From Hyaloraphidium curvatum SAG 235-1 (taxonomy: Eukaryota > Fungi > Monoblepharomycota), in the NCBI GenBank assembly GCA_025558095.1, contig JAIVFI010000034.1, positions 248,001 through 312,000 of the forward strand: a DNA stretch of 64,000 nucleotides, in the 5' to 3' direction. Below are positions 20,454-31,932 of this stretch, one piece after another. The translations under genes and the position numbers were made by a program. How positions within the stretch are numbered: position 1 is the stretch's first letter; each line of letters begins with the position of its first letter. Under the pieces are notes generated by a model, which was not told the DNA's origin, ran no database searches, and saw nothing but the letters and a program-made list of their open reading frames with translations.

Positions 20454-23204
20454 TCACGCCACGGCCTTCCTCGCCTGCGCCCACAGATCTGTGGAAGCTT
20501 TCCCTCCGACCCACCGCTTTGCCTTCTCGACGAGGAGCTCGAACTCGTCGTGGAGCGACGCAAGTTTAAGCTCGAGGAAAGAGACCGCCAGCACCGTCGC
20601 CCAGACTTTCTCGTCGACACCGGTGGGAGTGGCAGGTCGGGAAAAGCCACAAATCGACGCGACGACGGAGGCGTCCGGCCACGATCCGTCGAAACCTTGC
20701 GAGGCGACCAGCCAGGTGAAGACACTGCGCGAGTCCGATGCTCCAGAAGAAGATCGCTCCCGAGACTTCTCCTTGGAAGACGGGGCGCCACGCTCCTGCT
20801 CAAGGAACGGTTCCGAAGCGTCGAACGCAGCCATGCTGTCCATAGCAGCCCCGCCGACGAAGCCACCGAACCGAGCTCCAGGTGCCGCGAAGCCCATTGA
20901 CGAGGCGCGCGCCGGCGCCGGAGACGGAGCCGCACTGCGGGCCTTCATCATCATCGGTGCTGGCATTGCAGCGCACGCCATCATGGGCATCGCGCGGAAC
21001 ATCCCACCCCCGCCTCCCCGACCTCTGAAACCTCCCATGGCAGGCCGACCGGATTCGCGCTCCTGCGGCACGATGACCTGCTGCGCCTGGGCCACTTCGA
21101 CCTTTGTGTCGGGGTCGATCGCGATCCACGAAGTTTCGGTGCTCGCGAGCTGGAACGTCGTGCCCAGCCGGACAATCTCCTTGGCAACGGCGTCGGCAGC
21201 AACGCCGTCCGCGACTTCGGCAGTAACAGCATCGTGGAGGTAAGAAGCGCCGTCGCCCAAGTCCTGGATCAGCCGCTTCGCTGCGAGCACGTGCAGCGCA
21301 CGGTCCGAGCCCGCGGGTGCCGTGCCTTCCTTGGCATCGTAGGCCGGCGGCAACACGGTCACGGGCACATCGAGCTCCATGTCACCAGCAGGGCCGACAC
21401 CGGTGATCTTGATCGACTTCGGAGGCTGACCCCCGACGAGCCCCGGAGCACGGAGGAAGGCGTACACGGTGTACCGCGAAGACGGATAAAGGGGAGGCAC
21501 AATGTGCGGAGCTTGCTGGAAGGATACGCGGGGCACCGACTCCGAGCCAGCCGAAGTGAACGGCGTCGTGTCTTCGGTAAGGTCCTCCGAGAAGAACGAG
21601 AGCTTGCCGGCCGGTTTGACGGGCTCGGACTTGGTGCCGACCGCGGGCTTCGGGTCCACGTCCATGTTCTCGGGGTCGGGGTCGATCAGGCCAAAGTCGA
21701 TCTTGACGTTCCGCACGCCCTCCACGAGCGAAAGCTTCACCATCTTGACCACCTTCTTCTCCATGCGCTCCCCTTCGCCCACGAATTCGGCGATTCCGTT
21801 GCCGCACCGGGCGATGCCCTTGACCAAGTGCGTGGAAACGGCCGGGCCGATGCCAAGGGCAAACAGCCGCACGTTCGACGACTGGGCATGCGAGTGGACG
21901 AGGCGCAGGAGGTCCTGGGTGTTCCAAATCTCGCCGTCCGTGAGCAGGACGATGGAGCGCGAGAGTCCGGCTTGAGCCTTGGCGAGCTTCGGCAGAGCAT
22001 TGTTGCGGGGGGCGTGGGATCCCAACGTTCCGTTCAATATGGCCTGGATCGGCGCTAGCAGCTCCGTTCCGCCCATGTCGGCGTCCATCCGGTCCACTTC
22101 CGCCTCGGCCTCCTTCATGCTGCGCTCGTCGTACGGTTTGGACTCGGGCCAGAGCGATTTGAAGCTGGACCCAAAAGAGACAATGTTGAATCGCACGCCC
22201 TCGTCCGCGGGCAACGACCTCAACATCAGCTTCAAGGCCTCCTTTGCGTGGGCGATCGAGGTGCCCTGCATCGACCCCGAACGATCGACGACGAACACGA
22301 GCTCCTTGGGGGTCGTTGTCGAGGGCAGGGGGAAACGAGGCACCATGGAGAGCGCGGCAACGAACGAAGCCGTCGCCGGATCGTACTGGAAGAGGCAGCG
22401 GGGGCGATCCGCGTGAGGAAGCCGGAGCACGAGCACAAAGTCCTTGTTCAGACGAGAGGAGGGATTCGCGAGCTGCACCTTGGTGACGGCGAACGCAGGG
22501 TCCGAGGATACTTCCGTCGACACGGAGAGAGGGTGGGAGTGCGTTTCGATGGCCTCCACGGCGGACCCAGCCGGCACCCTAACGGAAAGGTCGACCGAGA
22601 GCTCCACCCCGGTGCTCTCCTGCGTCGGCGGAGTCCCCGCAATCATGTTCGATCCCTCCTTGAGGACTGACTCGCCGTAGGTGGCGGAGCCGATGGTAGT
22701 GGGCAGCATGAAGCGGACGCTGTCCGGCGACGACAAATCGGCCGGCAGGGCCGCGAGCAGGCTGAGTGTGACCGTGACGGAAGCCTTGGCTGGGATGTTG
22801 CCCACGGAAATCTGGAAGACATCGTCCTTCTCGCTTTCGACGAGGTAGGCGCCCTGCCCTTTACCCACGGCCTCCTTGTACTCGGCGGCGGCCTTCTTCC
22901 GTTCCTTCACCGTGCCGCGGACCGAGTGTTTCTTGCCGTCCACCTCGACGACTTCAGCCTCGAAGCCGCAGACTGCCGCGCCCTCCTCAAGAGGACACTT
23001 GTAGAGAGCCGTAAGAGGAAAGCTATTGGCGTTGACATAGTGCTGCGCAAGTTTGAGGTCGGCGATGTTCGGGTGCGTGATGGTCCCGGAGAGTTGGACG
23101 GTCTTCAGAGGGACGGCCTTCGGCAGCTCCCGAGGAGGCTCGGGCAACGGGCACCCGATGACGATGAGGCCGAACTGCGCAGTCAAAGTTGAGAGGTTCG
23201 TCAT
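20454..23204 (-). CDS. VIT plus von Willebrand factor A domain protein (VWA5A-like), intronless, 916 aa
   Basis: VIT region (AAVCGFEAE, FQISVGNIP); MIDAS motif FVVDRSGSM, MGGTELL, LLTDGEI, FALGIG; C-terminal QGFDGSW and WATVLA. Confidence 0.9.
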   Translation of the reverse strand: MTNLSTLTAQFGLIVIGCPLPEPPRELPKAVPLKTVQLSGTITHPNIADLKLAQHYVNANSFPLTALYKCPLEEGAAVCGFEAEVVEVDGKKHSVRGTVKERKKAAAEYKEAVGKGQGAYLVESEKDDVFQISVGNIPAKASVTVTLSLLAALPADLSSPDSVRFMLPTTIGSATYGESVLKEGSNMIAGTPPTQESTGVELSVDLSVRVPAGSAVEAIETHSHPLSVSTEVSSDPAFAVTKVQLANPSSRLNKDFVLVLRLPHADRPRCLFQYDPATASFVAALSMVPRFPLPSTTTPKELVFVVDRSGSMQGTSIAHAKEALKLMLRSLPADEGVRFNIVSFGSSFKSLWPESKPYDERSMKEAEAEVDRMDADMGGTELLAPIQAILNGTLGSHAPRNNALPKLAKAQAGLSRSIVLLTDGEIWNTQDLLRLVHSHAQSSNVRLFALGIGPAVSTHLVKGIARCGNGIAEFVGEGERMEKKVVKMVKLSLVEGVRNVKIDFGLIDPDPENMDVDPKPAVGTKSEPVKPAGKLSFFSEDLTEDTTPFTSAGSESVPRVSFQQAPHIVPPLYPSSRYTVYAFLRAPGLVGGQPPKSIKITGVGPAGDMELDVPVTVLPPAYDAKEGTAPAGSDRALHVLAAKRLIQDLGDGASYLHDAVTAEVADGVAADAVAKEIVRLGTTFQLASTETSWIAIDPDTKVEVAQAQQVIVPQERESGRPAMGGFRGRGGGGGMFRAMPMMACAAMPAPMMMKARSAAPSPAPARASSMGFAAPGARFGGFVGGAAMDSMAAFDASEPFLEQERGAPSSKEKSRERSSSGASDSRSVFTWLVASQGFDGSWPDASVVASICGFSRPATPTGVDEKVWATVLAVSFLELKLASLHDEFELLVEKAKRWVGGKASTDLWAQARKAVA

Positions 23205-23665
23205 AGTCGGAGTGGTTCCCTAGATGCGCTCGACGGACGCGAAAGCAGAGGTTCGTGCGATTCGTTCGCTGATATGCTCGACCAGCGAGCTCCGTCGTTC
23301 TGAGTTTGATTTGCTGGGGAGTTGCGAGGTGTGTTGCGTGTCCTTTTGAGACCGTGCTGTGCACTACGGGGGCGGAGTCTCGATCAAGCTCAGCTCGCTC
23401 CGATGAATCACGGACCTGCAAGGCCAAAGGAGTTCCGCTCATTTGGCTTCGCAAATCAAGACCCGTAGCCGCTATGTGAGCTCAGCGCAATGCAAAGCCC
23501 GTGGGGACCTCGATCAAGGTGGATTGGTTTCGTTTTGTCAAGGACGGGAGCGACTGGGTACAGATCAGGCGCGGACACGCGGCGTGTTGCCATTCAATAG
23601 GTCAGATACAATGCTCTAAATCCCGCCGTCCACCGTGCTACAGAAGTCCAGCCCCGAGAAGTCCT

Positions 23666-24105
23666 CTACTTGAGCAGCGCCTCGATCTTGGGCACGATGG
23701 ACTCGGGCGTCGAGGTCGAGGAGTAGCGCTCGACGACCTTGCCGTTCTTGTCAACGAGGAACTTCTCGAACTGCAGAAAGCGGGGACAGGGGCGTTAGGA
23801 CAACGGCCCGCAGCGAACACCGCGCTCGGCAACTCACGTTCCACTTGACCCTCGAGAGACCGAGCCAGCTCTTCTGCGACTTCAGGTATTGGTAGACGGG
23901 CTCCACGTTGTCGCCTGAAAGTGCAAATAAGGCAAGAAGCGGTCAAAAGCGGCGGCAACGGCCGAGATCAGGGACCAAGCACGAATGATCAGCGAAGATG
24001 AGACAGAGACTGTCGCGGCGCTACCCACCGTTAACCTCGACCTTCTTCATGATCGGGAACTTGACGTTCCACGTGTTGGAGCAGAATTCCACGATCTCCT
24101 CCTCG

Positions 24106-24140
<35 letters not shown>

Positions 24141-24451
24141 GAAGCCGATGATCTCGAGGCCCTTGTCGTGGTACTTCTCGTAGAGGTCCTCGAGCCCCTT
24201 GTACTGGGGCGTGAAGCCGCACTTGCTGGCCACACTGGATGCCGGAAACGGTTGGGAAGGGGGAGAAGGGGCGCGATGCGGGCCGCCGAGGGGGAACAGG
24301 GTCGTCGAGAATCAGCACGCCGGATATCCGCGAAACGCGAGTCGACCCACTTGACGACGAGCACGACCTTGCCCTTGAGCTGAGCAAAGTCAAACTCCTT
24401 GCCCTTGTGGTCCTTCGGCTTGAAAGCGTAGAAGGGAGCGGCGGCGGCCAT
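23666..24451 (-). CDS. Glutathione peroxidase family (Cys-type), 4 exons
   Basis: VVN|[27 protein letters not shown]|FEKFLVD; the catalytic codon is TGC. Confidence 0.95.
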
Positions 24452-24782
24452 TGCGACTTTCGCGGAGTTGGTGGAAAGGAAAGCTTTGCGAAGAGCGACT
24501 GCCACGTCCGCGGATTCAAGTAATCGTCGCTCGGAAGAAGTGGCGCTGCTTGGACCAGGGCTCGCTTTTATCCCGGTGGCCGATTTCGGAATCTGTTCGC
24601 GGGCCCGTGAATCTGGGCGCGGCTCAACGGCGTTCCGACATGTTCAGCCTGAACCTTTTGTCCCAACGGAGAACTTAACCCGAGTCACATGGCAGCCTCG
24701 GCGACGCCGAAATCATAGCCGACGCTCTAGTAAATCTGCTCTGGATGTAGCTGTACAATCCGCGGCCGGCAGCCGGAGCGGT

Positions 24783-26817
24783 TCACGACACGCCCTCGAC
24801 GTCCCGGAACAGCTCGTACTTGTCCTTGATCCCGCCTACGTTCTTGGCGTACCGAGCCACGAACGACCGCCAGTCGTGAGGCTGGATGCCCGTGTCCCTT
24901 TTCCCCACCCCCCGATCGCCGCCCTTCGGCGCCCACGACGAGCTGCCGAGGCCGTAGGACGACCCGGTCTCGTACTCGACCTGCCAGTCCAGCACCTCGC
25001 GCTTGTTGGCCCTGTTGAGCGCCACGGCATGCTGCGTCCAGCCGGCCACCGACCAGCCCGGGGATCGGTCCGAGGGGGGCAGCAGGGTGCCGATCCGGAA
25101 GCTCGGGTTGCGGGCCGGCACGAGGGAGGGCGCCGTGTAGAGCGCGCCGGCGATCTCGACCGCGGGGCGGGAGAGCACCTCGGCGGAATCGGGGGCGAGG
25201 GAGAGGAGCTTCCAGGTGGGCGCGAGCGAGAGGTCCCTCGGCCCGCGCGGCTTCTTCTCCGCGCCGATCCCGCCGTCGAGCTCGTCCTCGTCCTCGATCG
25301 GCACCTCGATCAGGTCGTCCGCGTCGTCCTCCTCTTCCGAGACGGCGGCGGCGGTCCGATCGCGCACGGCAAAGGTCACGCCGTCCTCGTTCGTGTGCCC
25401 GCTCCACCATCCGCCCACGACGCCGCGCTCCATGGCGTCGCCCATCATCCTGCCGAACCACTTGCCGCAGCTGCGGTGCCACAACGGGCCGTAGCCCATA
25501 GGGGGTATGTGTCCGATCACGAGCACGGTCTGCCGCTTCCGGCGGGCCCGGATGAGGACGTTGTGGAGCCACAGGAGCGACGCCGAGGGCACCGAGATCT
25601 TGCTCGACCTGGCGGGCTCGCCCGATCCCTCGAGGGGCCGCAGCAGGATCGACCACTCGCCCGACGTGGGGTCCTGAGCGATGTCCCATTCTGGCATCTC
25701 CAGCGGGTCCGAGCCGCGGGCGACGTGCGAGGACAGGCGGCGCTGCCATTCGCTCCGGAAATGGCACTTGCCGCCGCCGTCGTTCGAGGGAAAGTACCAG
25801 AGGGTGTTGAGCGAGACGACGACGAGGCCGCCATCTCCGGGTATAGCAGTCCGCGCAAAGGAACCAAAGGTGAGAAAGTCGTTGGTGATGTTGGCGTGCT
25901 CCCAGGGCTGGTCGGTGGAGAAGAGAAAGGGGGACCACGTGCGGAGCAGGAGGGTGAGCGGGTGGGGCCGGGCGGTGGAGGAGGCGGGTTTCGGGTCACG
26001 CAATTCCTCGAGCATTTGGGGGAGAGGAGGCGGAGGCGACATGTGGTTCGCTGGAAAGAGGTGATTAGGCCGACGGGGATCCGGAAGGAGACGCCGCTCG
26101 GCTCACCAGGGTGGACGTCGTGGTTGCCGATGTTGGGCACGACCACCACATCAGAGTCAAAGATGTTGCGCATCAGGTCCACGCAAGCCTGGAAAAGAAC
26201 GACAATCAGCGCCAGGTCCAAGAGTCGCGTCACGAACGGGCCAAACGGACCTGGTTGTGGTCGATCACGTCGCGCGTCGTCATCGGCATGGCCGGATCCC
26301 GGTCGTGCCTGACCGCGGGAGAACAAGAGCAAGAAAGAATGATACGCGACGTGAACGCGAAGGAACACGCGATTCCGGGCGACGGGGTGAGTTCCGGATG
26401 GCGCCGGGAGCAAAGGAGGGCGCACCTTGCCGAGTCCCCCGTCCAGAGCACCAGATCGATCCTGTCCTCGGGGTCTGCGTCGCGGCCCCAGCGCTTTCGG
26501 ATGTAGCCCAGGCTCTCCTCGACCAGGGCCACGCTGGCGTCGCAGTCGGTGCCGAGCATGCCGTACTTGCCCGCGAGGCGGCGCTGGTTGCCGTCGGCCG
26601 GCACGCGGTGGCACTGCGAGTACGTCGTCGCGCGCTCTCTGTAGTCCGGGTCGTAGTGCAGGTCCGTCAGGTGGAGGAACCGCAGCGGCTCCGCGGACGC
26701 CGGCGCGGGCGGCTTCGCGAGGACGCGCTGCGCGGGCGCAGGCAGGGCGAGACAAGGCGCCGCACTCAGCGCCGCAACAACGGCGCACAGCGCGGCGGCC
26801 CGCGTCCGTCGCCGCAT
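24783..26817 (-). CDS. PPN1: Endopolyphosphatase PPN1-like calcineurin-like metallophosphoesterase with a signal/anchor peptide
   Basis: FLHLTDLH, CHR, DCDAS, WTGDSAR|HDRD, GNHDVHP, SLNT, IGHIPP, GHTNED, APSLVP.RNPSFR. Confidence 0.8.
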
Positions 26818-26991
26818 CGTTGCTCTTCGGTTTGGCCGGGGCGATTCCGCTTCACCGATGGCCGGCTCCCAGGCTGGTGACGCGCGTGGCCACCACGAAT
26901 GACGCACGGGACAAGGAAACCGCGATCTTCCAGCAGCATCTGTAGCATTCGGTCCTACGCTCTCCCATCCTCGCTCCGTCCATCCAATCCA

Positions 26992-28719
26992 TCAGGCTTC
27001 GTGCACGAGGCGGCCCTCGAACCACGTCTTCAGCACCTTTGTCTTCCAAACCTCGCTAATGTCCACCTCAAAGATGTTGCGATCCAAAACGATGGCGTCG
27101 GCCTTGTACCCGACCTTGATCTGGCCGGCAACGTCGCCGAGGCCCATGGCTTCCGCGGGGTTGCGGGTGAAGGTCGCCACAGCCTCCTCCAGCGTCAGGG
27201 CCTGCGACTGGTTGAGCGTGCCCTTGAAAGCCTCCTGATCGGGGTTGGCGCGGGTGACGAGCGCTGCCAGCCCGGTCCAGGGATCGGGCGTAGGCGCCGA
27301 GCAGGGCCAATCCGACCCGCAGGCGACGGGAGCGCCGGCATCCGTGAGCGCGCGCGCCGGCCAGGCAGAGTTGAAGACGTCCTCGTAAATGCAGGTGATC
27401 ATGACCTCTTGTATCGTGTTTGGGAACCTGGCGAGCAAGAGTTAGCCGCCGGGGCGGATGCAAAAGCCCCAGGGGGCCCACCAGAGGTACGGTGAAAAGT
27501 CAGGCACAACCTGCAGCTCCTTGAACCGGACAATGTCCACGTCGGCAATATACTCCGCATGGGCGACCTGGAAGATGGGCCCCGGCCCGCGGGCCTTGCG
27601 GACCTTCTCCACGGCGTCGAGCACGTGCCGTACGGCGCCGTCGCCCGTCGCGTGCATCTTGCAGCCCAGGTTCCTGTCGTAGCACAAGTTGAGATGCGCG
27701 ACGAGGTCGTCCATGCTCCAATAGGGCTCGCCCTTGATATCGCGCTCGTCGCCGTGCCCGTCGTACGCGGCCTTGTGGCACGAGCAGCGGTAGGGAGCCA
27801 GCATGGCCGCCGTCTTGGTCAGCGGCACGCCGTCCATGAAGAGCTTCGTGAAGGTCGGCATGAAGCGCTCCGTAGCCAGCTCCTTCATCTCGTCGAGCAG
27901 AGGCACGCCGTAGATGCCCTCCTCGATGAAGGGCCTGATCATGGAGCAGCCCACGACGCGGGCATTGAGCTTTCCTTCGCGATCGAGCTCCGACAACGCC
28001 ACCGCGGGCCCCAGCGCGGTGAGGGCCTCCTGGACTGTGGTTATGCCGTAGGAGTTGAGCACCTTCACCGCCGTGGCGACCGCCTCCTTGGTCCGGGCGG
28101 GCTTGTCGGGGATGGATTTGCGGAAGGCCGTTTCCGCGACGCCGGTGGCGTGCTCGTAGCACACGCCGGTCAGTTTCCCGTCCTTGTCCTTGACGAACGT
28201 GCCGCCCTCGGGATCGGGGGTCTTTTCGTCGACACCCATCAGCTCGAGGGCGCGGCTGTTGACCCAGCGGTTGTGCTGCGAGTCGTCCTTGAGCAGGACG
28301 GGCCTGCCCCCCGCGGCCTCGTCCAGGTCCTTAATGCGGTTCTCCTTGGCCGCGCTGTCGAGGACCGTCGAGCCGACGATGCCGCCCAGGACCCATTCGT
28401 CGGGGCCGAGGGTCGCAGCGCGCTCGCGGATCTTGGCGACGATGGTGTCGACCGAATCCGTGGGCATGATGGGGATCTCGAACGCCACCATCCCCCCGCC
28501 GAGGTGGAGGTGGCAGTGCACGTCGTTGAGGCCGGGCATGACGAGCCGGCCGCCCGCATCCTCGATCTTGGTCGCAGGCCCGGCCAGCGCCGCGATTTCG
28601 GCTGAGGTGCCGACGGCGGTGATAATGCCTCCCGCGGCGGAGAATGCTTCTGCCCAAGGCTTCGAGGTGTCCCCGGTCCAGATGCGGGCGTTGGTCAGGA
28701 TAAACTCGGGCGCCGCCAT
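26992..28719 (-). CDS. YtcJ-like amidohydrolase 3 family protein, bacterial-like, one intron
   Basis: PGLNDVHCH, HNRWVNSRAL, KLFMDG, MHATGDGA, AHAE, GSDWP, GYKADAIVLDRN; intron at about 27429-27480. Confidence 0.9.
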
Positions 28720-28877
28720 TTCGTCGTTTGAAGGCCGGAGCTCCAGGATGCACTCGGGGATCGTCTCTTGAATCGAGGTGGAGGCAAAGGAGTTGGGATG
28801 CTGCACCACACGTCGCGTAGGGATGACTCCCACGCCGGAACCGATTTTGCGCTCGTCTTCTTCACATCACATCGCGG

Positions 28878-30323
28878 CTACCGCCAAGCGCCGATCCGGT
28901 GCCATCCGCCCGAAAGCGAGCGGGGTTCAGGCGGCGAATCACCCTCGCACAGCACCGCGGTCCGAGCTATCAAAGCTCCCCACCCGGAGAGGCATAGAAC
29001 GCGATCGGCGACCGCTTCGGCCCCCGGTACGTTCCGCCAGGACGAAGGAGCAAGATTAGCTTCCAATAGATGCACTCCAAAGGGACCTCCGGGCGGATGC
29101 GAGACGAGAATGTCCAAGCCGAGCAGTGTCGCACCGGCGACCTCGAAACGGTTGAGCCGATCGCGGGAAATCAAGGCCTCGACGAGGCTGTAAACGCAGG
29201 AAGAGATCATTGGGAACACAGTCCCGTGTGGGAGTTCTTTCGGATGATCCGAAGGCGTGAAGGGGACGACCATGGGATCCCGAGTGCCTTCCGGTACGGA
29301 ATCACCAGCTTCGGCGAGCCACTCCATTTGCAACGCGTAGTTGGTGACTTCACTCCGCAAAAGAAGCTGCGTTGTTGCCCGTCCGCCGTTCCGGCTCGGA
29401 TGGGGGAAACCGGCGATCCTGCAAAGGCCGTGCGAAGCGATCCAGAGCTCGAACCACTTGCTGCCATCTGCCTCGTGACCAAGCTCAACGGGAAGAGTGT
29501 CACCATCGCCAAAAAGATCGAGTTCGGGGTCCTCGCTGGGTTCAGCATCCTGGTCGCCAGCTTTGCACGTGCAGCCCCGACTACGCGTTCCGAACAACAA
29601 GCCAGCCCAAATCCTGAGGTCCACCTTATAGCTGCCGTCGGCAAGGACCGGGTGGGGAACCAGCGGCTGAACGACGTAGCGATCTTCAAGGACCCGAGAA
29701 GAGGCAACAGCAGGAACCCCGCCTTCTTCTTCGCGCTCAGCCCGTCGATCCGGATCCAATCGGTGCGAAGAAAAAAGATGCCTCAATGCCGCATCCTTGG
29801 ATTCAAACACCTCGAGGCCGCGTCCCCGGTGCGAGCTGGCACTTTTCACGATCCAACTCTCCGCGACTGTCGACCCCGCCATGTCCCGAACGGTTCCGAG
29901 CTCGGCCACCGCAACGCTCGGAATCCCGCGCTCCGTATCGAGTTCTCCCAAAAGGAGCGCGAGCTGGTATTTTTCGAAGATCGCATGGAGCCCCGGGCAG
30001 ATGTTCCGCAGGACACGGCTCCGGGTCACGATGGGCCTCGCGGCGCTGCCTTCGAGCCACGAAGGCGGCAGCAGCGGCCATTTCCGGAAAGAGGATTCGG
30101 AAAGCGCGTCCGTGGCTATCCAGTCGTCCGATTCCGAGGCGAATGCGGCGATGAGCGCTCCGTTTGATTCGAGCCGAACCCATTGAACTGGCGCGCCTGC
30201 TGGCGCGCCCTCCTGGGGCCAATCGTCCCCGCCATCGTCCGATGAAGCAGCTCGGAGGAACAACGGGCTTTCCGGCGGTCTTCCATGGGGCAGGCGCCCT
30301 GTGAAATGGTGCAAGATTCGCAT
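28878..30323 (-). CDS. Tubulin-tyrosine-ligase-like (ATP-grasp) protein, divergent, intronless
   Basis: WIVKSASSHRGRG, YVVQPLVPHPVL...KVDLRIW, VTNY, LLGLDILV, LLEANLAPS match TTL core motifs. Confidence 0.72.
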   Translation of the reverse strand: MRILHHFTGRLPHGRPPESPLFLRAASSDDGGDDWPQEGAPAGAPVQWVRLESNGALIAAFASESDDWIATDALSESSFRKWPLLPPSWLEGSAARPIVTRSRVLRNICPGLHAIFEKYQLALLLGELDTERGIPSVAVAELGTVRDMAGSTVAESWIVKSASSHRGRGLEVFESKDAALRHLFSSHRLDPDRRAEREEEGGVPAVASSRVLEDRYVVQPLVPHPVLADGSYKVDLRIWAGLLFGTRSRGCTCKAGDQDAEPSEDPELDLFGDGDTLPVELGHEADGSKWFELWIASHGLCRIAGFPHPSRNGGRATTQLLLRSEVTNYALQMEWLAEAGDSVPEGTRDPMVVPFTPSDHPKELPHGTVFPMISSCVYSLVEALISRDRLNRFEVAGATLLGLDILVSHPPGGPFGVHLLEANLAPSSWRNVPGAEAVADRVLCLSGWGALIARTAVLCEGDSPPEPRSLSGGWHRIGAWR

Positions 30324-30368
30324 TCAGACAGAGGACGCGGGGCCGACCAGCTTGTTCCCCTTTGGAAT

Positions 30369-31776
30369 CTAGAGCCTGCCCGACACTTCCGCCTGCGCAG
30401 CCCGCCGCCCGATCTCTCCCGTCGCGTACTTGCCCCGACCAATGATCTCCGGCGTCCACTTTTCGGGGAAGCCGTAAATGCGCGCGTCTGCAAGATCGGT
30501 GAGCCAACGGATCGCCTCGGAGAGCGGCGGTCCCACATTTGTCCGTCAGCAGCTCCATTGCGTTCACGTCTTTGCCGTCTGTCCCAAGTCCATTCCAGTT
30601 TATGTCCTCGCCGGCGTCCTTCCCGTCCCAGCTGTCCAGCACCGGGCTCGTCCCCTTGGGGAACGGCTTGAGGACGGTGTCGAACCGCGGGTAGGTGAAG
30701 TAGGCGATCGAAAGCCGCGGCGTGGTGCTCTCGCGCGACGAAGTGGCCACGACTTTGTGCGGCGTCGCCCGAAGGTAGCCGCCCGACATGACCTGGAGCT
30801 CCTCGCCCAGGTTGACGATGATGGAGCCCTTCCGCGGCGGAGCCAAATCCCATCCGCCGCGCCTGTTCTTGACGTACAGCCCGCCGATCGACTCCTGGAA
30901 CAGCAAGGTGACGGTGCCAATGTCGCAATGGGCGCCGATCCGGGTGTAGCCCTCCTCTGCGGTGCCGAACTCCTTCGGAAGCGGAGGGTAGTAGAGAAGC
31001 CGCAAAGTGCACCCGCTGGGCGCCTCGTAGTTGTGCATGTCGTCAAAGAAGCTCGCTCCGCCTTTTGCGTCGGGAATCCGCAGCCCGATGGCGATCAGAG
31101 ACATGATGCGCTTGGCCAGGGTGTTGCAGTCGCGGGAGAAGGAGTCGAGCAGCCGCTCGTTCTCGACGATGAGCGGGGGCCAACGCCGATCAGGGTTCGA
31201 GTCGTGGTTGCCGATTCCGTACTTTCCGGGCACTGGATTCGCGGGAGTTGTAAGCTGCCACGGCAAGCAACGCGCTGCAGAGTGCGAGCCTACGGTTCAA
31301 GTGCATCTTCCCGTACATCTGCGGGCGAGACGGTCAGCGACAGCGACGGGGACATCGCAGGCCTCCCACCTTCTGGGCGTCCGACTCGACCCCCGCCAGC
31401 GCTTTGTGGTTGGGCTGGTCCTCGAACGCCTTGTAGCCGAGCTGATTCAGGTCCTGCTTGTACTTCTTGCTCTCCTCCTCCGGAATGCCCTCGAAGAAGG
31501 CCCTCGAGAGCGCCCACATCGCGTCGACCTTGCCATCCTCGATCCCGATGTCGCTAAGGTACAGGAATCCGGTTTCGTGGCACGCTGCGCGGACGTCAGC
31601 GACGAACGGGTGGCCGCTGACGGCGCCCGACCTCGCACGATATCGTCGCCCAGCTTCTGCAGCTCCGCGGCCGTCGGACGCCGCGAGGGGTCGGTCAGCG
31701 CCGCGAGGGAGATGGCCGGGAAGGGAGGGTCGGCGCGGACCGGCGGCGACGGCGTCGGAAGCTGCGGCGAGGCCAT
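30369..31776 (-). CDS. Isopenicillin-N-synthase-like 2OG-Fe(II) oxygenase (DIOX_N plus 2OG-FeII_Oxy)
   Basis: GFLYLSD, LRLLYYP, HCDIGTVTLLFQ (HxD), VNLGE, ATPHKV, RLSIAYF (RxS); spliced last exon ends EVSGRL*. Confidence 0.9.
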
Positions 31777-31932
31777 TTTCGGCAGCGGTTCAGACGCTGG
31801 CCGGTGGCGAATTGCGCGAGTGATCACTCCGCCCCGGGCCGTGTTCGTCTCCCACGAATCCAATCCAGTAAATCGCGGCAGAAGCGCGAAACAAAGCTTA
31901 TCGACCGTTTCTCTACATTCATTGGAAGCACC

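Noticed and set aside
24200-24235. Selenocysteine GPx (some early-diverging fungi have selenoproteins)
   Set aside because: The active-site codon is TGC (ASKCG), there is no in-frame TGA, and no SECIS was recognised
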